Shown: in pieces, positions 41,058-43,054 of the stretch
Position numbering within the stretch: the stretch's first letter is position 1
Layout: the number at the start of each line of letters is the position of its first letter
Assembly: GCA_043742865.1 (NCBI GenBank)
Contig: JAYTXR010000012.1
Span: 1 to 43,054 of the forward strand
Length of the DNA stretch: 43,054 nt
Source: Acetobacteraceae bacterium
GTDB lineage: Bacteria > Pseudomonadota > Alphaproteobacteria > Acetobacterales > Acetobacteraceae
Direction: 5' to 3'
Translations under genes and position numbers: made by a program
Notes under the pieces: model-generated
Database searches by the model: none
The model's input: only the letters and a program-made list of their open reading frames with translations
Told to the model about the DNA's origin: nothing

Positions 41058-41210
41058 ATGAACGTTCATTTGGTCGTCGTGCGGCCGTTTGCCGGCCTCG
41101 CGCGCGGCGTATCCGTTACCGATACGGCTCGGATCGAGCAAATTCTCAACAGCGAGCATGCCGACAAGGTCGTCAAGGTCTGCTCGCGTGCGCCTGAAAA
41201 GGAGTCCTGA
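41058..41210 (+). CDS. Small phage protein (50 aa), not in the supplied ORF track
   Basis: The ATG at 41058 is preceded by GGAGA. Translation: MNVHLVVVRPFAGLARGVSVTDTARIEQILNSEHADKVVKVCSRAPEKES. The stop is at 41208-41210, and AAGGAG of the sheath gene RBS lies inside its 3' end. It exactly fills the gap between two phage genes. Confidence 0.5.
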   Translation: MNVHLVVVRPFAGLARGVSVTDTARIEQILNSEHADKVVKVCSRAPEKES

Positions 41211-41215
41211 TACCC

Positions 41216-42775
41216 ATGCCGATCGTCCAGCAGGGCAGCATCAACACCACCGCTTTGGTGGTGCCTGATCTTTATGTCCAGATCGTCCCGCCACAGAATC
41301 TTATTCTGAACGGCGTGCCGACCAACGTCATTGGTGCCGTCGGTACCGCCTCGTGGGGTCCGGTGAACCAACCGGTCATCATTGCAACGATGGCGGATTA
41401 CGCGCGTAATTTCGGCCCCCTCGTCGGACGTAAGTTCGATCTTGGGACGCAGATCGCAACGTCCGTGCAGCAAGGTGCGCAGAATTTCCGCTGCGTGCGG
41501 GTTACCGATGGCGCCGACACGGCGGCCTCGGTTCTGGTTCCATCAACGACGGTCGCCTTCACGGCACTCTACTCCGGCAGCCTCGGAAATCAGGTGGCGC
41601 TCGCGCTAAGTTCCGCGCCGCGTGCCGGCGCCTGGCGCCTGACCGTGGCCATCCCGGGCATAGCGCCGGAAGTCTTCGACAACATCGCCGGCTCGGGGGC
41701 CGCGTTCTGGGTAGCGCTGGCGGCCGCGGTGAACCAGGGGCAAGGCCCGCAGCGCGGTCCGTCGCAGTTCGTCACCGCCAACGCCGGCGGCGCCTCCGCG
41801 GCACCCGCGTCGTTCACCCTGTCGCTCGGCGCCAGCAATACTGGAACCGACGGAGCAGGCGTGAGCACGGCGACGCTGGTGGGTGCGGACCTCGCACCGC
41901 GCCGGGGCATGTATGCGCTGCGTGGCCAGGGTTGTTCGATCGGACTGCTCGCCGACGCCGACGACCCTACCCAATGGACCGTCCAGGCGGGTTTCGGCCT
42001 GCAGGAAGGCATCTACATGGTCCTTACCGGGCCCGCCGGCGACACCATCTCCAACGCCGTCACGGTCAAGCAATCGGCTGGCCTCGACAGCTATGCCGCC
42101 AAGCTGATGTTCGGCGACTGGCTCTGGTGGTCCGATCAGGTGAATAATATCATCCGCCTGGTATCTCCGCAGGGGTTCGCCGCCGGCCGGCTGGCAAACC
42201 TCTCGCCGGAGCAATCCAGCTTGAACAAGAACCTCTATGGCGTCATCGGCAGTCAGAAGACCGGCACCCCGGGGTCCGGGCAGAGCACCTCCTATTCCTC
42301 CGCCGAGCTCGCGGTGCTGCTCGGCGCCGGCATTGATGTCATCGCCAACCCGCAGCCTGCCGGCAGTTTTTGGGGCGTCCGCGGTGGGCATAATGCCTCG
42401 ACCAATGCTGCCACCAATGGCGACAACTATACCCGTCTGACCAACTATATTGCCGCCACCCTCGCCGCCGGCATGGGCCTCTATGTCGGCCAGGTCATTA
42501 ACGCCGGCCTGTTCCGTCGCATCCGCGCGACCCAGCTCAGCTTCTTGCAGGCGATGCTCAGCCAGGGACTGCTCGGCAGCACGGATGGCAGTCTGCCGTT
42601 CAGCGTGATCTGCGACACTTCCAATAATCCAGCTGGCCGCACGGGTCTCGGCTACGTGCAATCGGATGCGCAGGTTCAATACCAGGCCATCAACGAGAAG
42701 TTCATCGTCAACATGGAAGGCGGCCAGACCGTGCAGGTCTCCCGCCAGACGCTCCCCGCCGGCCAACCGGCCTAA
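41216..42775 (+). CDS. Phage contractile tail sheath protein
   Basis: 519 aa. The N-terminus PDLYVQIVPPQNLILNGVPTNVIGAVGTASWGPVNQPV...ADYARNFG and the C-terminal region (YGVIGSQ..., VLLGAGIDVIANP, WGVRGGHNAS) fit the tail-sheath family. A tube-like gene follows. Confidence 0.8.
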   Translation: MPIVQQGSINTTALVVPDLYVQIVPPQNLILNGVPTNVIGAVGTASWGPVNQPVIIATMADYARNFGPLVGRKFDLGTQIATSVQQGAQNFRCVRVTDGADTAASVLVPSTTVAFTALYSGSLGNQVALALSSAPRAGAWRLTVAIPGIAPEVFDNIAGSGAAFWVALAAAVNQGQGPQRGPSQFVTANAGGASAAPASFTLSLGASNTGTDGAGVSTATLVGADLAPRRGMYALRGQGCSIGLLADADDPTQWTVQAGFGLQEGIYMVLTGPAGDTISNAVTVKQSAGLDSYAAKLMFGDWLWWSDQVNNIIRLVSPQGFAAGRLANLSPEQSSLNKNLYGVIGSQKTGTPGSGQSTSYSSAELAVLLGAGIDVIANPQPAGSFWGVRGGHNASTNAATNGDNYTRLTNYIAATLAAGMGLYVGQVINAGLFRRIRATQLSFLQAMLSQGLLGSTDGSLPFSVICDTSNNPAGRTGLGYVQSDAQVQYQAINEKFIVNMEGGQTVQVSRQTLPAGQPA

Positions 42776-42799
42776 CGGCACCCGCGACAGGATTATCGA

Positions 42800-43054
42800 A
42801 TGGCAACCAACAACTTCTCCCTGGGTCGCGACACCCAGCTGGTCCTGATGGGCCCGGCCGGGCGTGTCGACCTCGCGCACGTTACCGGTTTTGAGAGCAG
42901 CCAGCTTACGCTGCCGGTCCGCGTCGACCGGCTGGACGGCACGCAGATGTCGGCCGAGCTGCCAAAAGGCTGGCATGGCAGCTTCGATATCGAGCGTGGC
43001 AATTCCGCGGTCGACGACTTCATCGCCACCGCGGAACAATCCTACTTCAACGGC
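42800..43054 (+). CDS. Phage tail tube protein (3' truncated by window end)
   Basis: MATNNFSLGRDTQLVLMGPAGRVDLAHVTGFESSQLTLPV... The position directly after the sheath gene is canonical for the tube protein. The ORF runs off the window. Confidence 0.6.
   Translation, partial: MATNNFSLGRDTQLVLMGPAGRVDLAHVTGFESSQLTLPVRVDRLDGTQMSAELPKGWHGSFDIERGNSAVDDFIATAEQSYFNG

Larger units (their letters stand above)
34188..43054 (+). mobile_element. Prophage (myovirus-type) packaging, head and tail module, partial in window
   Basis: A contiguous same-strand block with tight or overlapping junctions: TerS-like, TerL, portal, scaffold, capsid, four small/medium ORFs, sheath and tube. An AT-rich boundary lies at 34130-34230. 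Confidence 0.8.

Noticed and set aside
41606-43039. 477-aa ORF on the minus strand
   Set aside because: It is antisense to the tail sheath and tube genes, breaks the uniformly plus-strand phage module, and has no recognisable motifs.
34188-43054. Contractile sheath/tube genes as a tailocin, PLTS or eCIS-type particle rather than a phage
   Set aside because: Terminase small and large subunits, portal, scaffold and major capsid genes directly precede the tail genes, so this is a head-containing phage module. Whether the prophage is intact cannot be judged from the window.

Overview
This is a high-GC window (well above 60% by eye) from an alphaproteobacterial chromosome. The taxon call rests on a housekeeping backbone typical of that class: Tim44-domain gene, mltA, secB, and xerD next to aroK/aroB. 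An Acetobacteraceae/Rhodospirillales origin is only a guess.

Layout from left to right:
1. A decayed IS630 transposase relic (94-763).
2. A block of metabolic genes: cinA-like, Gfo/Idh/MocA, SDR, flavin amine oxidase, a DUF35/thiolase pair translationally coupled to otsA, a GT4 glycosyltransferase, an MFS transporter, an FMN alpha-hydroxy-acid oxidase and a class II aldolase.
3. An isolated five-gene envelope module (12355-17277). It encodes GspL-like, GspM-like and lipoprotein secretin proteins, an SLT lytic transglycosylase and a small lipoprotein. No secretion ATPase, platform protein or pseudopilin is present in the window.
4. An orphan lutA and an orphan beta-class DNA methyltransferase, tucked behind mltA.
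5. Housekeeping genes: Tim44, histidine phosphatase, secB, aldo/keto reductase, xerD and a fused aroK-aroB.
6. DUF2889, RHH, Lrp and a DHA2 efflux pump.
7. A locus with AT-rich intergenic regions (29.5-34.2 kb), described below.
8. The packaging, head and contractile-tail module of a myovirus-type prophage (34.2 kb to the window end, truncated).

The best candidate for an undescribed system is the 29.5-34.2 kb locus. It has a large wHTH(SARP/OmpR-type)-TPR regulator divergent from a 54-aa ORF with a strong RBS. That peptide carries a duplicated [IV]x[IV]GGGFRL motif. A perfect 13-bp stem-loop follows the peptide ORF, then a 258-aa protein of unknown function. An atypical REC-only protein and a lipoprotein lie on the opposite strand.

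Several short tandem-repeat arrays (14-27 bp units) sit in intergenic regions and in two coding regions. I found no rRNA, tRNA or CRISPR array. Many long ORFs in the track are antisense shadows typical of GC-rich DNA, and I rejected them.
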